A stretch of 39,286 nt of DNA from Octopus bimaculoides (lineage: Eukaryota): assembly GCF_001194135.2 (NCBI RefSeq), contig NC_068983.1, positions 162,303,973-162,343,258 on the forward strand, given 5' to 3'. The position numbers were made by a program, and so were the translations under genes. The notes below the pieces were generated by a model. It worked only from the letters and a program-made list of their open reading frames with translations, searched no databases and was not told where the DNA came from. Numbering within the stretch: position 1 is the first letter of the stretch; every line of letters begins with the position of its first letter. Positions 11,104-21,959 of this stretch are shown here, piece after piece.

Positions 11104-12382
11104 TATTCAAAGAAATGTTCTTGATCTGACAAGGGACCAGATATTCAACTTTTTGATTACCGACACTAAAGCAACAAAATCTTCAATAACACTAATAAAA
11201 TCCACCCCCAACTCTCTCTCTCTCTCTCTCCTTTTTTTATTCAGGTCTTTGTCGCACGATCCCAAACTTTAGTGTTTGATTTTTCAGNNNNNNNNNNTGT
11301 TTTTTTTTTGTTTTTTGCTTTTTGTTTTGCATGTGTTTTTTTTTTTGTTTGTGGAGTAATTCCTTTTTATTCTCTTCAACTTTTTTTTTCCACCTTTATA
11401 GAAGTTTTTAAATTACAATTTTCTGTTTTCTGTTCCTTTGTTTTACTCCCCCCCTACAATTTAAAGTAACCACTTCTGATCTGGAAGGAGTAGATCCTGG
11501 TTATTTTGGCACCAGTTACAGCAAATTGAAATATCACTGTATGTTGATAGATTTCTCAGACTGCCACCATTAACTCCTCCTCATCACTTTGTCTAACCAT
11601 TAAGGTTTTAGCCACTTCAGACAATAACTTTGCTGGTTCTGAGGCTTGAGCTCAGCTGGTTCCAGCCAGCAGCATCCAAAATTAGTCTTGTGTTAAGAAT
11701 TAATAGACAAGACCTTTGGCAACTGAATGTTGTCTGTGATAATAGTGGTGACAATTTTGTGGAATCCTCAAAGATTGTAGGAGACTTTGTTACGGTTTTC
11801 TTAAGAGATTCTAGCTCTATCAGGCTTAAGCAAAGATTGCTGATGCTAATTTAAACCAAAGAACTGCTTCTATAATCCAGAGAAATGGGTGCCAACAGGC
11901 TCTACAACAGTTCTACACAATATGAGCTCAATATTAAAATTCTAATGATTTAAATTGGCCAAAAAAACGGTTTACCTTTTGAAGGAATGAAGTCCAATAA
12001 TTTGGACCTATAATTTGCATATCTCCACCCCTAGTCCTAGACACAATTTTCCTTTTTTTTTTTCTTTCAAATGTTGACGAATGTGATGGCTGAGTGGTTA
12101 GGTACATCTCTCCAAATTGAGAGGTTTTATGTTCAAATCTTGATATCAGTATTCTATCAACAGGCCACTGGATTCTTTCTGTCTTCATCTAATCTCTTCC
12201 AAGTCCAAAGTTCTGAAGTTGGTTTTATGCTGGGTATCCATATATAAAAGACTTATTTCTTTGTGTGTCAGGGTGGGGGCAGTAAAGATTGATTGAACCA
12301 TGTGTTTTGTTTTCTTTCAATTGACTCTGAAATCCATAAATTGTAATTTTAGCATGTGTGTGTACGTTTGTATATATCCAAT

Positions 12383-12932
12383 AAGGCAATGGCTCATCAG
12401 GAATTACTGCTGAGATGTTTAAAATGTCTGGCAGAGTAGGATATAACCTGTATAGTTAACCAGGTTGTCCAGGAAGTTGTCTCAGCCAACAACTGGTGTA
12501 GCAGCATTATAGTCAACTGCTACCAAGGTAAAGGAGATTCCTTAGATAGAAGTAATTACAGAGGTATCACATTGCTGGACCAGATGTGATGAAAGTTGCA
12601 GAAAGGGTCATAGGTCAATGAATTAGGAAGAAAGTTAACCTAAATGAGATACAGTTAAGTTTTGTGTCCAGAGGTTCTACTACTACTACTACTACAGCTG
12701 CTACCTTCCTTAGTAAGGCAACTGCAGGAGAAGTATTTAGCCAAAAATAAACTATTGTACTTAGGATTTGTCATCATGGTGCCAACCTTTAACGGTGCTT
12801 TGCTTTCTCATCAGGTGGTCTCTGAGGAAACCAGGGTTAGGCACATTGCCATGTACGTGGGTGATGTCAGAAAGGTAAGAGTTAACTTATGAGATAGTGA
12901 TGAATTTAATGTAGACGAAGGAGTTCGCCAGG
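12383..12932 (+). mobile_element. RTE-clade LINE reverse transcriptase fragment (pseudogenised)
   Basis: Translates across frameshifts and stops as GSSGITAEMFKMSG...IVNCYQGKGDSLDRSNYRGITLLDQ...LVRQLQEKYLAKNKLLYLGFV...EFNVDEGVRQ. Confidence 0.9.
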
Positions 12933-13163
12933 TAATCAGCTTACCTGTTCACTTGAAATTGCTGGCCCGGTACCAGAATTTAAAACCAGTATTTATTGAC
13001 AACAGTGATGTGTAAAAGTTGACTCTATTCACTCCAATGTACAGTACAGTCTGGTTATAAGACATGTAACTGGAAGGCTCTCCTTTGACGGTCAAGAATC
13101 CTATCAACTTGTCCATCCAGGCTGTGGTCATTTATTTTACTGGTTCTTATTTATTTTTTGAAC

Positions 13164-13375
13164 AAAATCACAATCATGGCAGATACTGGTGTCACGCAAT
13201 TGGCACACAAAAGCACCCATTATACTCTTGGAGTGGGAAATGTTAGGAAGGGCGTCCAGCTGTAGAAAACCATGCCAAATCAGACTGGCGTCTGGTGCAG
13301 CCTTCCAGCGTGCCAGCCCAGTCAAACCGTCCAACCCATGCCAGCATGGACAACAGACGTCAAATGATGATGATG
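13164..13375 (+). mobile_element. RTE LINE 3' tail
   Basis: Family motif with (ATG)n tail. Confidence 0.8.
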
Positions 13376-14514
13376 TGTGTGTGTGTGGTGGGGGGGTAAT
13401 GACAGATTAGCTTTTTATGTTCTCCAGCCATTCCTACATGCTACCCTGGGTGGCAAAGAAGGAAATTTTTCATGTTTTGGGGTAATTTGTTTTTTTACAA
13501 CTAGATCTCCTCCCTACTGAGTTGAACCTGTTTGTTGACCAGACAGGCTGATATAAGCAGAGTTACGTACCTTGCCCAGGCACTATACAATGGCTGTAGT
13601 TTCAAAGTTTCAACTTCTGTCCTTGTGGTAAGTAGTCAGCACTTTAATAGCACAGCCAGAGGTTTTCATTTGAAATTTTTATTTTTGCTTTTTTTCTCTG
13701 GAACTATTTTCATCAAATTCCTCAGTTTCCAGGTAAATTTAGAAAGTCTGTCTTGTTTAGAGCTACTTCTGCTTTATAGTTTTCTTTTTAAAAATATTTT
13801 TTCATGGCTCATTTCTTTGTTTCATAAACTGCTTTATGGGGAACTACGAATCGGTGTTATTTATGATAACTTCTTTAACAAATACAATAATTTGGAAGGC
13901 TGACTAAACTATTTTCTTCAAATACTATTGCAGTTTGTTGATGCTACCGTCATAAAACCTGGATTGTTGATCTCAAGACCTCTTTAATATGTCACAAATT
14001 AAAATATATTTTATTAAAAGAAGTTAATGTGAATAATATATTAAATTGTGTTAATAGATGTATATTGTCTTACCATTGTGCTTCTACATTTGAGATCAGG
14101 CATGCCTTCTGTAATGTCTTGAACACCATTCTATGCTTTCTCCAGCTTATTAGTATGCATGGGTCTTTAAATTGTTCTTTTGTAGTATCTCTTGTTTTGG
14201 TAAGTTATATCGTCTCCTATATTCCTTGTCTATTCTCGCTTTCTTTTTTCTACAATATCTTTTTGGCATCTGGTACCCAAAGCTAGCTGGCAATGCTTGT
14301 CTTTACCCACCTTCAAAAAACTAAGATGCTACAGTTATTGGCTGTCACCAGAAATTCAAAATAATTAAAGTGCAATCCAAAATTCTTGGTGAGTCTGTTA
14401 GAATTACAGTCATTAGAAGGAATTGTGCTAAGGAAACTATTGAAATTATACATGACTAAAAAAAATAATTTTTTCTGAAGCCAAATATAAAACTTGTAGA
14501 AAATTTTTGTAGCT

Positions 14515-14580
14515 CAACTGTAGACATTTGTATCAACTTTCTATCTTTTGGCCTTGTGTGGCTAATAAAGAAATCTATCT
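14515..14580 (+). mobile_element. 3' end of the LINE family also seen at 1532-1622
   Basis: gccttgtgtggctaataaagaaatctatct versus gccctgtgtggctaataaaagaaatgtatctatct. Confidence 0.6.
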
Positions 14581-14901
14581 TTTGCCTAACAATTCTAAGA
14601 TGAACTCAGTATTCCATGACTATTCTGTCTCTTTCTATCTTTCTCTTAACTATTTTCCCCTGATCCAAGTTTTATTCAACCTGACTCATTCTTTTTACCA
14701 AGTTATAATTAAAGATTATAATAAAGTTTGTTTTCCCTGCCATCTTCTGCTTTATCTGATTCTAACTATTGTCTTGCTTCCTCTGTTGTGTTTAGATGTC
14801 TTGCCCAGATTGATAATGTCTGTTACAATTAAATATTCAAGAGTTAAACGAAGTTTTTAACTAATTATAATAGTCTTTTGAAACTCATCTTGTCAACAAG
14901 C

Positions 14902-14904
<3 letters not shown>

Positions 14905-14963
<59 letters not shown>
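14905..14963. repeat. (TA)n microsatellite
   Basis: Direct reading. Confidence 0.95.
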
Positions 14964-14966
<3 letters not shown>

Positions 14967-15782
14967 TGTGTATCTTGTAAAATCAATCAGTTTTAAGGTG
15001 ATTAAAATTTTCCCAATCATAGCATCAAAAGGGCTGTAATTTGTTTTTGTGTTCTCTTTGGCAGTTCTATGAGAGACCCACTTAAAGCAAATGGCACAGA
15101 TCTGCTAACAAGGCAAAAAATTAATAATAATAATAATAATAATCCTTTCTGCTATAAGCACAAAGCCTGAAACTTTGGGGAAGGGGACTAGTTGATTACA
15201 TCGACCCCTGTGTGTAACTGGTACTTAATTTATTGAACCAGAAAGGATGTTCTGAAAGTGTAGTTGCTAGAATAAGAATAGGATGGAAAAAATTCAGTGA
15301 GATATTGCCTCAAGTTTCAAATCAAATTATTCCAGCTTTAAATCTTGAATTTTCAGCTCAAGATCTTTGAGAGGATAAGAGATTTTGCATCTACATCTCT
15401 CTTCCTTCCTCAGTATGACATTTGAGCAACTTAAAAATTCATCTTAAGTTAATTAGGAGATGACAATTTTCAGTCTTCATGGACTGTGCCTTGCTAGGGT
15501 TTATGAAGATTCAAAATTGTCTTCTGAGAAACACTTAATACCGTTAATCATTTCTCCTTTATTTTGTTTCTATTCAAGACACAAATCCTCATTGTCTTTA
15601 ATCCTCTCTTTTTACCTTTCATTATTTACAAGACACATCCTCAACATCTTTAATTATCCCTCCTTTGATCATTTTCATTGCCAGGCAATTATAGATTTCA
15701 TTATTTCTACCTGTACACATTGCTCTATAAATATAACCCTTGGGTGAAAAAACTTCAACAAATAAATTCTTTCAGCTGTTGT

Positions 15783-16023
15783 TTAACCAGTTTTCACCAT
15801 ATTTCTGTAGACACACACTATCTTTGTTTCAGTTAGTTTTGAAAATAATGAAAAAATTTAGTAAAATAAGTTGATCTAATGACAAACTTATTTTACTGGT
15901 GTTTGGAACATAAATTTACATGAAATTTTATGGGAAGGTTTTGAGTGAGTTCACTTTAAAACAAGAAGTTTGTATCATAGAACCTAGGGAAGTTAGGGAA
16001 TGGGTTGGCATCAAAAGGGCTAA
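15783..16023 (-). mobile_element. piggyBac-like MITE family 1
   Basis: Reverse complement of the family-1 body. Ends ttaacc... and ...aaaagggctaa. Confidence 0.7.
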
Positions 16024-16194
16024 TGTTGAAGAACACCAGTTCCTCTTAAGAGAGGACAAAATATTTACCCTTGGTTCTAGTTCTGAATTATTACCAGTTA
16101 TTTTTACATAGAAGTTATGTAATACAGTTCTATATTTAAGAGATGAAGAATTATTTACATTTGATGGATATTTGTCCTCATCTTGTTTGTTGTT

Positions 16195-16240
16195 AACACA
16201 ATATTTCGGCTGATATACCCTCCAGCCTTCATCAGGTGTC
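16195..16240 (-). ncRNA. Minimal type I hammerhead ribozyme motif
   Basis: GACAC-CUGAUGA-A-GGCUG(GAGGGUAUAU)CAGCC-GAAA-UAUU-GUGUU: stem I, intact core, 5-bp stem II and palindromic AAUAUU in place of stem III, as in PLE minimal hammerheads. Confidence 0.75.
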
Positions 16241-16337
16241 TTGGGGGAAATTTGGAACCTGGGTTCTCATTCTCTATGGTATTTTTTGATATTATTATTA
16301 TTAGTATTATTATTGTTGTTGTTGTTGTTGTTGTTCA

Positions 16338-16409
16338 GGTCACTGCTTGGAATCGAACTTGAAATCTTGGGGTTAGTAGCCTGCACTCTTAACCACTATG
16401 CCATATGCC
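16338..16409 (-). promoter_or_regulatory. tRNA-like Pol III module (A box + B box) inside the Penelope 3' region
   Basis: A box TGGCATAGTGG (16403-16393), anticodon-like loop CTACTAA and B box GTTCGATTCC (16358-16349). No proper acceptor stem. Confidence 0.7.
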
Positions 16410-16739
16410 TGTGGGCAGTTATGGAGTGAATTTTAGGGGTTATAAATCTAATATTTTCCTATCCTTCCTCAATACCGGTTCCCATATGCTGTTCACATCT
16501 GCACTCGGTCTGCTTAGGAGGTTGTTGTGTCCGAGCATATGTGCTGCTTCTTTTAGTTTTCGTATTTTCCAGTGGTGTTCTCTGTCTATTATTTTAACTT
16601 CATCCCACAGGGGGAGGTGGTCTCCATTTTTCTATACATGATCAGTGACCTGAACAACAACAACAACAACAATAATAATAACAATAAGGATATCGAAAAA
16701 TACCTTAGGAATGAGAACCCAGATTCGAAATTTCCCCAA

Positions 16740-16781
16740 GACACCCGATGAAGGCTGGAGGGTATATCAGCCAAAACGTAT
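16740..16781 (+). pseudogene. Degenerate hammerhead copy in the inverted arm
   Basis: Core reads CCGAUGA...AAAA instead of CUGAUGA...GAAA, and the 3' strand of stem I is partly deleted. Confidence 0.7.
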
Positions 16782-16995
16782 TAACAACAAACAAACAGAC
16801 AAGGACAAATATCCGTCAAATGTAAATAATGTAGAAGTTATGTGTTTGTAATAAGTCTGTAGACTTAGACACATAACTAGCATCCTGGTATGGCTGTATC
16901 ACCAACCTATTTATGGTATGAACTGGGAGTATTTTATTGTAGCAGTCTGTATATCGGGACTCAAGTGTTTCCCTCTTCATCGAATCAGTTTCTGT

Positions 16996-17396
16996 TTAAC
17001 CTTTTCCCATTCAGGTTACTCTGTCAAATGTAATGCTTATTTATTTACATTGTTTTGCATTTAATCATTATCTTGTAGCACCCGCCTGACTGGTTCCTAT
17101 GCTGGTGACATGTAAAAAGCACCCACTACACTCTTGGAGTGGTTGGCGTTAGGAAGGGCATTGAGCTGTAGAAACTCTGCCAAATCAGATTGGGGCTTGG
17201 TGCAGCCTCCTGGCTTGTCAGTCCTCGGTCAAACCGTCCAACCCATGTCAGCATGGAAAATGGACGTTAAACAATGATGATGATTGTTATTTTTAGAATG
17301 ACGTAGGATAGGTGCGAGAAGTCAAATCTGGCCAGTTTGAACATAAAACAGAATATTTTGATTCAATATAGCTGGTCCAAAATGCTAAGGGGTTAA
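16996..17396 (-). mobile_element. piggyBac-like MITE family 2 interrupted by an RTE 3' tail (17081-17284, +)
   Basis: TTAA at 16996 and 17393. The MITE body resumes after the (ATG)n tail of the RTE piece. Confidence 0.8.
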
Positions 17397-17762
17397 AGTT
17401 ATTGCTTTCCAAGACCTGTTCAGTCTATGTCTGCTCTGAGTGATTAGGGTAGCATTTTTTATCCAAAGTGTTGGGTTTGTTTGGAGTTCCTCACTTCTTA
17501 GACAGGTTGCCCACACTGTGACTGGGCTGCTATAACCATCAATGATATTGGGAGGTCAGTTTTGCTACTGAAGGAGGACTGTCGAGGGTAGCCCTTCCAA
17601 TCAAATGAGCATGAGGTTATCTCTCAGATCAGAGATGAACCCTTACTTTGATAATCTGAGGTTATGGTACTAGGTGGAAGTGGGGATGAAGTGTGCACAC
17701 ACACACACCCTCTCTCTCTCTCTCCTTCCTCGTTTAATGTCCACTCTAGTCTTCAATATCCT

Positions 17763-17942
17763 TCATCATCATCATCATCGTTTAACATCCGCTTTCCATG
17801 CTAGCATGGGTTGGACGATTTGACTGAGGACTGGTGAAACCAGATGGCAACACCAGGCTCCAATCTAAATTTGGCAGAGTTTCTACAGCTGGATGCCCTT
17901 CCTAACGCCAACCACTCAGAGAGTGTAGTGGGTGCTTTTACA
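17763..17942 (-). mobile_element. RTE LINE 3' tail, young copy
   Basis: Near-identical reverse complement of 9650-9823. Confidence 0.85.
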
Positions 17943-18383
17943 TATTGTTTAAAAATTTCAGTTGGCAGTTCTGGATTTGAAAACTTTTCGTGTTCAATAA
18001 TTTTTATTGATTTGAGTTTTTCATTTTTGGTTCTACAAAGGTTTTTATATTAAATTTTAGTTCCAGTTCAAAATATTCAAAACCTTCAAAAATCCTCTTT
18101 TACTTAGATCCCAGATCCAACTCAAATAACTTTCGTATCCAACCAATATTTAGTGTATGAATGTGTTGGACCCATCACTTGGTAATCATATGATTGATCA
18201 GACTATTGGACACTGTTACACATCACTGGTCACAGTGTGCTTCGCATCATTTTAGCTTTTGAATGATGTCATCCTGCTGGCTAGGTGAGCAGGCCAATCT
18301 GTATTTGACCATTCCTGTCATCACTTGGTGATAGGAATGGTTAATTACAGATTTGTGTTTCTGAGATTTGTTATTGTTTAGGG

Positions 18384-18608
18384 CAGTGGTTCTCAACCGG
18401 GGTTGGTTCATTTGGCCCTTGAGGGTCCATATAAGATTTTGCTGTTAAAATTTATCGGCAATAAATTGGGTGTATTTCTACAATACGCAAAATATTTTGA
18501 TAAATTTAATACAATTTCTAATAATATTTAATTATAGAAATATAATGGGACTTTTTTTTTAACATCGAATGGCTATGAGGGTCCAAGGAAGATGGTTGAG
18601 AGCCACTG
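18384..18608 (+). mobile_element. hAT-like MITE
   Basis: TIRs cagtggttctcaacc / ggttgagagccactg. Degenerate 8-bp flanks gtttaggg / gtcagagt. Confidence 0.75.
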
Positions 18609-19732
18609 GTCAGAGTAATTTCATATTTGCGGCTGAAAGTTTGGGTTAAAAATATTGTATGTTTGAAATTAATCTAAGAATATCTGTATATATTTAGGAA
18701 TGGTTAAGTTGAAGATGACATCTTCAGTGGCTTGATTCCAAAATGATCTCTCTAGAAATGAGAAAGATGTTCATGGTCTGGTAATTTCAAAACTCTTCGG
18801 GGGAAATATTTTTGTCCATGTATAATCTGATTAAAGATATAATGATAATTGTTTAATGTCTTCATCATTGGATTTGATGAATGATTTGGTATCAGTTTTT
18901 AATTTTGTATGAAGTTGATAACAGCTTCTTATTCTTCCAATGTAAATTTAGAGGTCACTGATGAAAGGGTGTTCAATAAGTTTACAATGTAAAAGAAAAT
19001 ATAGTTTTCTATGAGAAATAATTGGAGTTGCAGAGTTTAATATTTCATAAAAAGCAACATTTTCTTTTTTTCTTCTTACAACTGCTGGCATATTTGGAAA
19101 ACAGCCACAAGTAAAATCAGGCTGTGTGTGTGTGTGTGTGTGTAATCTCCAGTTGGCACTTCTTGAGCTGAAAAAGAATGGTCAGATATAGGTGGCCAAG
19201 ATAAACATTTTCAGTTCTTGTAAAGGTTGTAAAGAGTCAAAGTACCAAAGAAGTCCACTGTTATAAATGGAACGGTATTTGGGATCTTATGATTCCATTA
19301 ATGGTCAATCTATACAAACTTGTCATTTTTTTTCCCTATTGACCAAAAATATATTCACTTTGAAGTGTTGAAGTCATATAAACTTGAAAATATTAAGATA
19401 ATGCCAGTGTTATCAAAGGTTACAAAAGCTGTTTTGGAAAAAAAGGAGTAGCCTGATTAGAACCTGCAACCGATGGACTTGTTTGGAATAATTACATTTA
19501 AAATTTAGTTGAATATATTTTGTGTATTACATTGCATCACATGAACACAAGCTAAAGGATTCGTTGGTCAAGGATCCATTTCAGTGTTGCTAATGCAGTC
19601 ATCTCTATTAAAATTTTGTTAGTAGCAATAATTAAACATTGTTTTTATTATTTCTAATTTTCTTTGTAAGAGCTAGAAGGGAACAATCTGAAGCTATTTT
19701 TTGGCTCTAAACTCAGTGGTTTGTTTTTGTAG

Positions 19733-19810
19733 GACAACACAAGTTGCAGTGCTTTAGTTACCGACATACAACAGATACGGCAGCAAATCCAAACTGCTAT
19801 GAACAACACA
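19733..19810 (+). CDS. EEF1D: eEF1D coding exon 2 (DNTSCSALVTDIQQIRQQIQTAMNNT)
   Basis: ttgtttttgtag| acceptor and |gtgagt donor; 78 nt, phase 0-0. Resembles the eEF1D ..L..DI...R..IQ..L helix preceding the zipper. Confidence 0.8.
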
Positions 19811-21211
19811 GTGAGTGTGACAACTTCTTCTTTAGTTGGTCTTCGTTGTAGTCCGTAATATATCACTGTGCCTTGCAGTAAATTTCACTTGAGTCTCAAT
19901 GTTTTGTCTTCCCTTTTTGCTCCTTGCTATCCATCCAATTTCTCTGCTACCACAAAGAGATAAAAATACATGTGACAGGGTCCATAGACAATTAATCCTC
20001 CTTCCCTCCTCCCTTGTCGATTTTGGGACTAAAATTGAAGACTTAATACAAAGAATTTAAGAAATTTATCTCTTCGCTTTTCACCTTATTCCTTAAACTA
20101 TTGTTAGAATTCTTCTGACTTTTCAATGTCATTACTGTAGAGAATTACTAAACTCTCAGCAAGATGAATTTGTGGATACAGGTTCAAGTTCCAATGTGGT
20201 GTGGTGGTTCTAATGCTATAATATTCTACAGAACAGATGTGTGGAACCATATGTCACTTTAGGATAGAATCTCTATTTAAGACAAAAGAGCTGGTCAGAG
20301 CCAATAGACAGCATTCCAAACCCAATCAATGATAGGTATTTATTGGTAGATTATCCAGTAATCAATCACTTATGTTATAGGAAAGATGAACAGTTAATTA
20401 GTGAACGTTAATGATCAATGGATGTTTGTCATTAATTTAGCAAAAGTCTTTAGCAACAAAAGTGATGTGAAATCAAGGCAGAGATGTTGACCAACTTGCT
20501 GAGAGTTGTTATTCCATAGAGTTTAGCCTAAATCATTTTTATTACATTAAATTTATGAAACGGAAGTTTTCCCTCGCTTCAAGAAAGAAACTGTTACACA
20601 ACTGGTTTTTTTTTTGTATGTTTTGGTTGAAATATTACCAGGAATTGTTGGCCAGATTCATTTTAGGCCATCATTCTATTTTCAATTAAAATTGATTCAT
20701 ATCTTAAGAAATTATATTGCTTTTTTTTGTTATGGGGATGGGGAATAATATCACAGCAGAAGGTGTGGGGCCCTTGGTGTGAATTGTTCAAAATATGTAG
20801 CATGAAAAAAAAGAAAACACTATGGAAACATGTAGCAAACACAAAGGCTTTGGTGTTAGACTGCAGCACATGTGGCTTTATGATGTGCTCAGATTATTAC
20901 ATCATTATAAGATGTTAATAATAATAAGACATTAATTTGTCTTGGTTTACCAAGCTAAAGTGAACTAAAACTATTACTTGATAATTATGTGGTTGACAAT
21001 GGTTAATTAAATATTGTTCTCATGTCATTGTTAACGTAATTAACACTGAATAATTGGAAAAGGGGAATAGGACTAGTTACCCTGAAAACTCAATGGCAAA
21101 TATTTAAATTTTCTGAAATCCCTTGTCTGAAAAAAATTTTAATAAATCCACACACTGCCTACCTCATAAATTTTTGAGTAGAGAATTTGGATTTTCACTG
21201 GTAGCATTTAT

Positions 21212-21400
21212 TAAGGTGGTAGAATGGTAGGATTATCAGCATGACAGACAAAATGCTCAGTGGCATTTCTTCTGACTCTTTATATTCTGAGTTCAAATCC
21301 CACCAAGGTCCACTTTGCTTTTCATCCCTCCAGGGGTTGATTTGTCTTGCTCCCTTCTTCAAGCTTGCTGGCCTTGTACTAAAATTATTATTATTATTAT
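21212..21400 (+). mobile_element. tRNA-like SINE family B ending in (ATT)n
   Basis: Family motifs including ctgagttcaaatcc and ctttgcttttcatcc. Confidence 0.7.
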
Positions 21401-21550
21401 AAGGAAGTATATCAGTGAAGTCGGCATCTATTAATCAAAGCTAGTTTTATGATTAAATTATTGGAAGCTCATTAGTTTGAGAGAAATAAAGAATAAAAAG
21501 GAAAGTGAATACCAAATTCCCTCTGTAAAATCAAAAATCAAATCATAATC

Positions 21551-21959
21551 AAATGAAAATTGTAGTTGTGGCCGATGCTAATGCTGCCTGACTGGCTCCC
21601 ATGCTGGTGGCATGCAATAAGTACCATTCATGCGTGGGTCGATGTCAGTGCCACCTGACTGGCTCCCCGTGCTGGTGGCACGTAAAAAGCACCATCCGAA
21701 CATGGCCCGTGCCGTCTGACTGACTCCCATGATTCATGCGTGGGTCATTGCCAGTGCCACCTGACTGGCTCCCGTGCTGGTGGCACGTAAAAAGCACCCA
21801 TTACTCTTTCGGTGTGGTTGGCATTAGGAAGGGCATCCAACTGTAGAGACATTGCCAGATCAGATTGGGGCCTGGTTCAGTCTCCTGGCTTGCCAGTCCC
21901 AGTCAAACCGTCCAACCCATGCCAGCATGGAAAAACGGACTTTAAGCGATGATGATGAT
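21551..21959 (+). mobile_element. RTE LINE 3' UTR with ~65-bp internal tandem units
   Basis: Repeated gccacctgactggctccc(c)gtgctggtggcacgtaaaaagcacc units, then the standard tail. Confidence 0.8.

Larger units (their letters stand above)
16121..16831 (-). mobile_element. 5'-truncated Penelope-like element with inverted partial terminal repeat and 12-bp TSD
   Basis: Minus 16643-16440 reads DHV*KNGDHLPLWDEVKIIDREHHWKIRKLKEAAHMLGHNNLLSRPSADVNSIWEPVLRKDRKILDL*, like the C-terminal part of a Penelope GIY-YIG domain. Inverted arms 16151-16345 and 16643-16831. tagaagttatgt is duplicated at 16109-16120 and 16832-16843. Confidence 0.85.

Noticed and set aside
16338-16409. Possible functional tRNA-Ser gene
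   Set aside because: A/B boxes are present but the acceptor and anticodon stems do not pair properly. It is embedded in a retroelement and is reported as a tRNA-like module instead.
21551-21810. Repeat-spacer appearance reminiscent of a CRISPR array (also 33979-34428)
   Set aside because: Units are contiguous imperfect tandem repeats within a LINE 3' UTR, with no unique spacers and no cas genes, in a eukaryotic intron.
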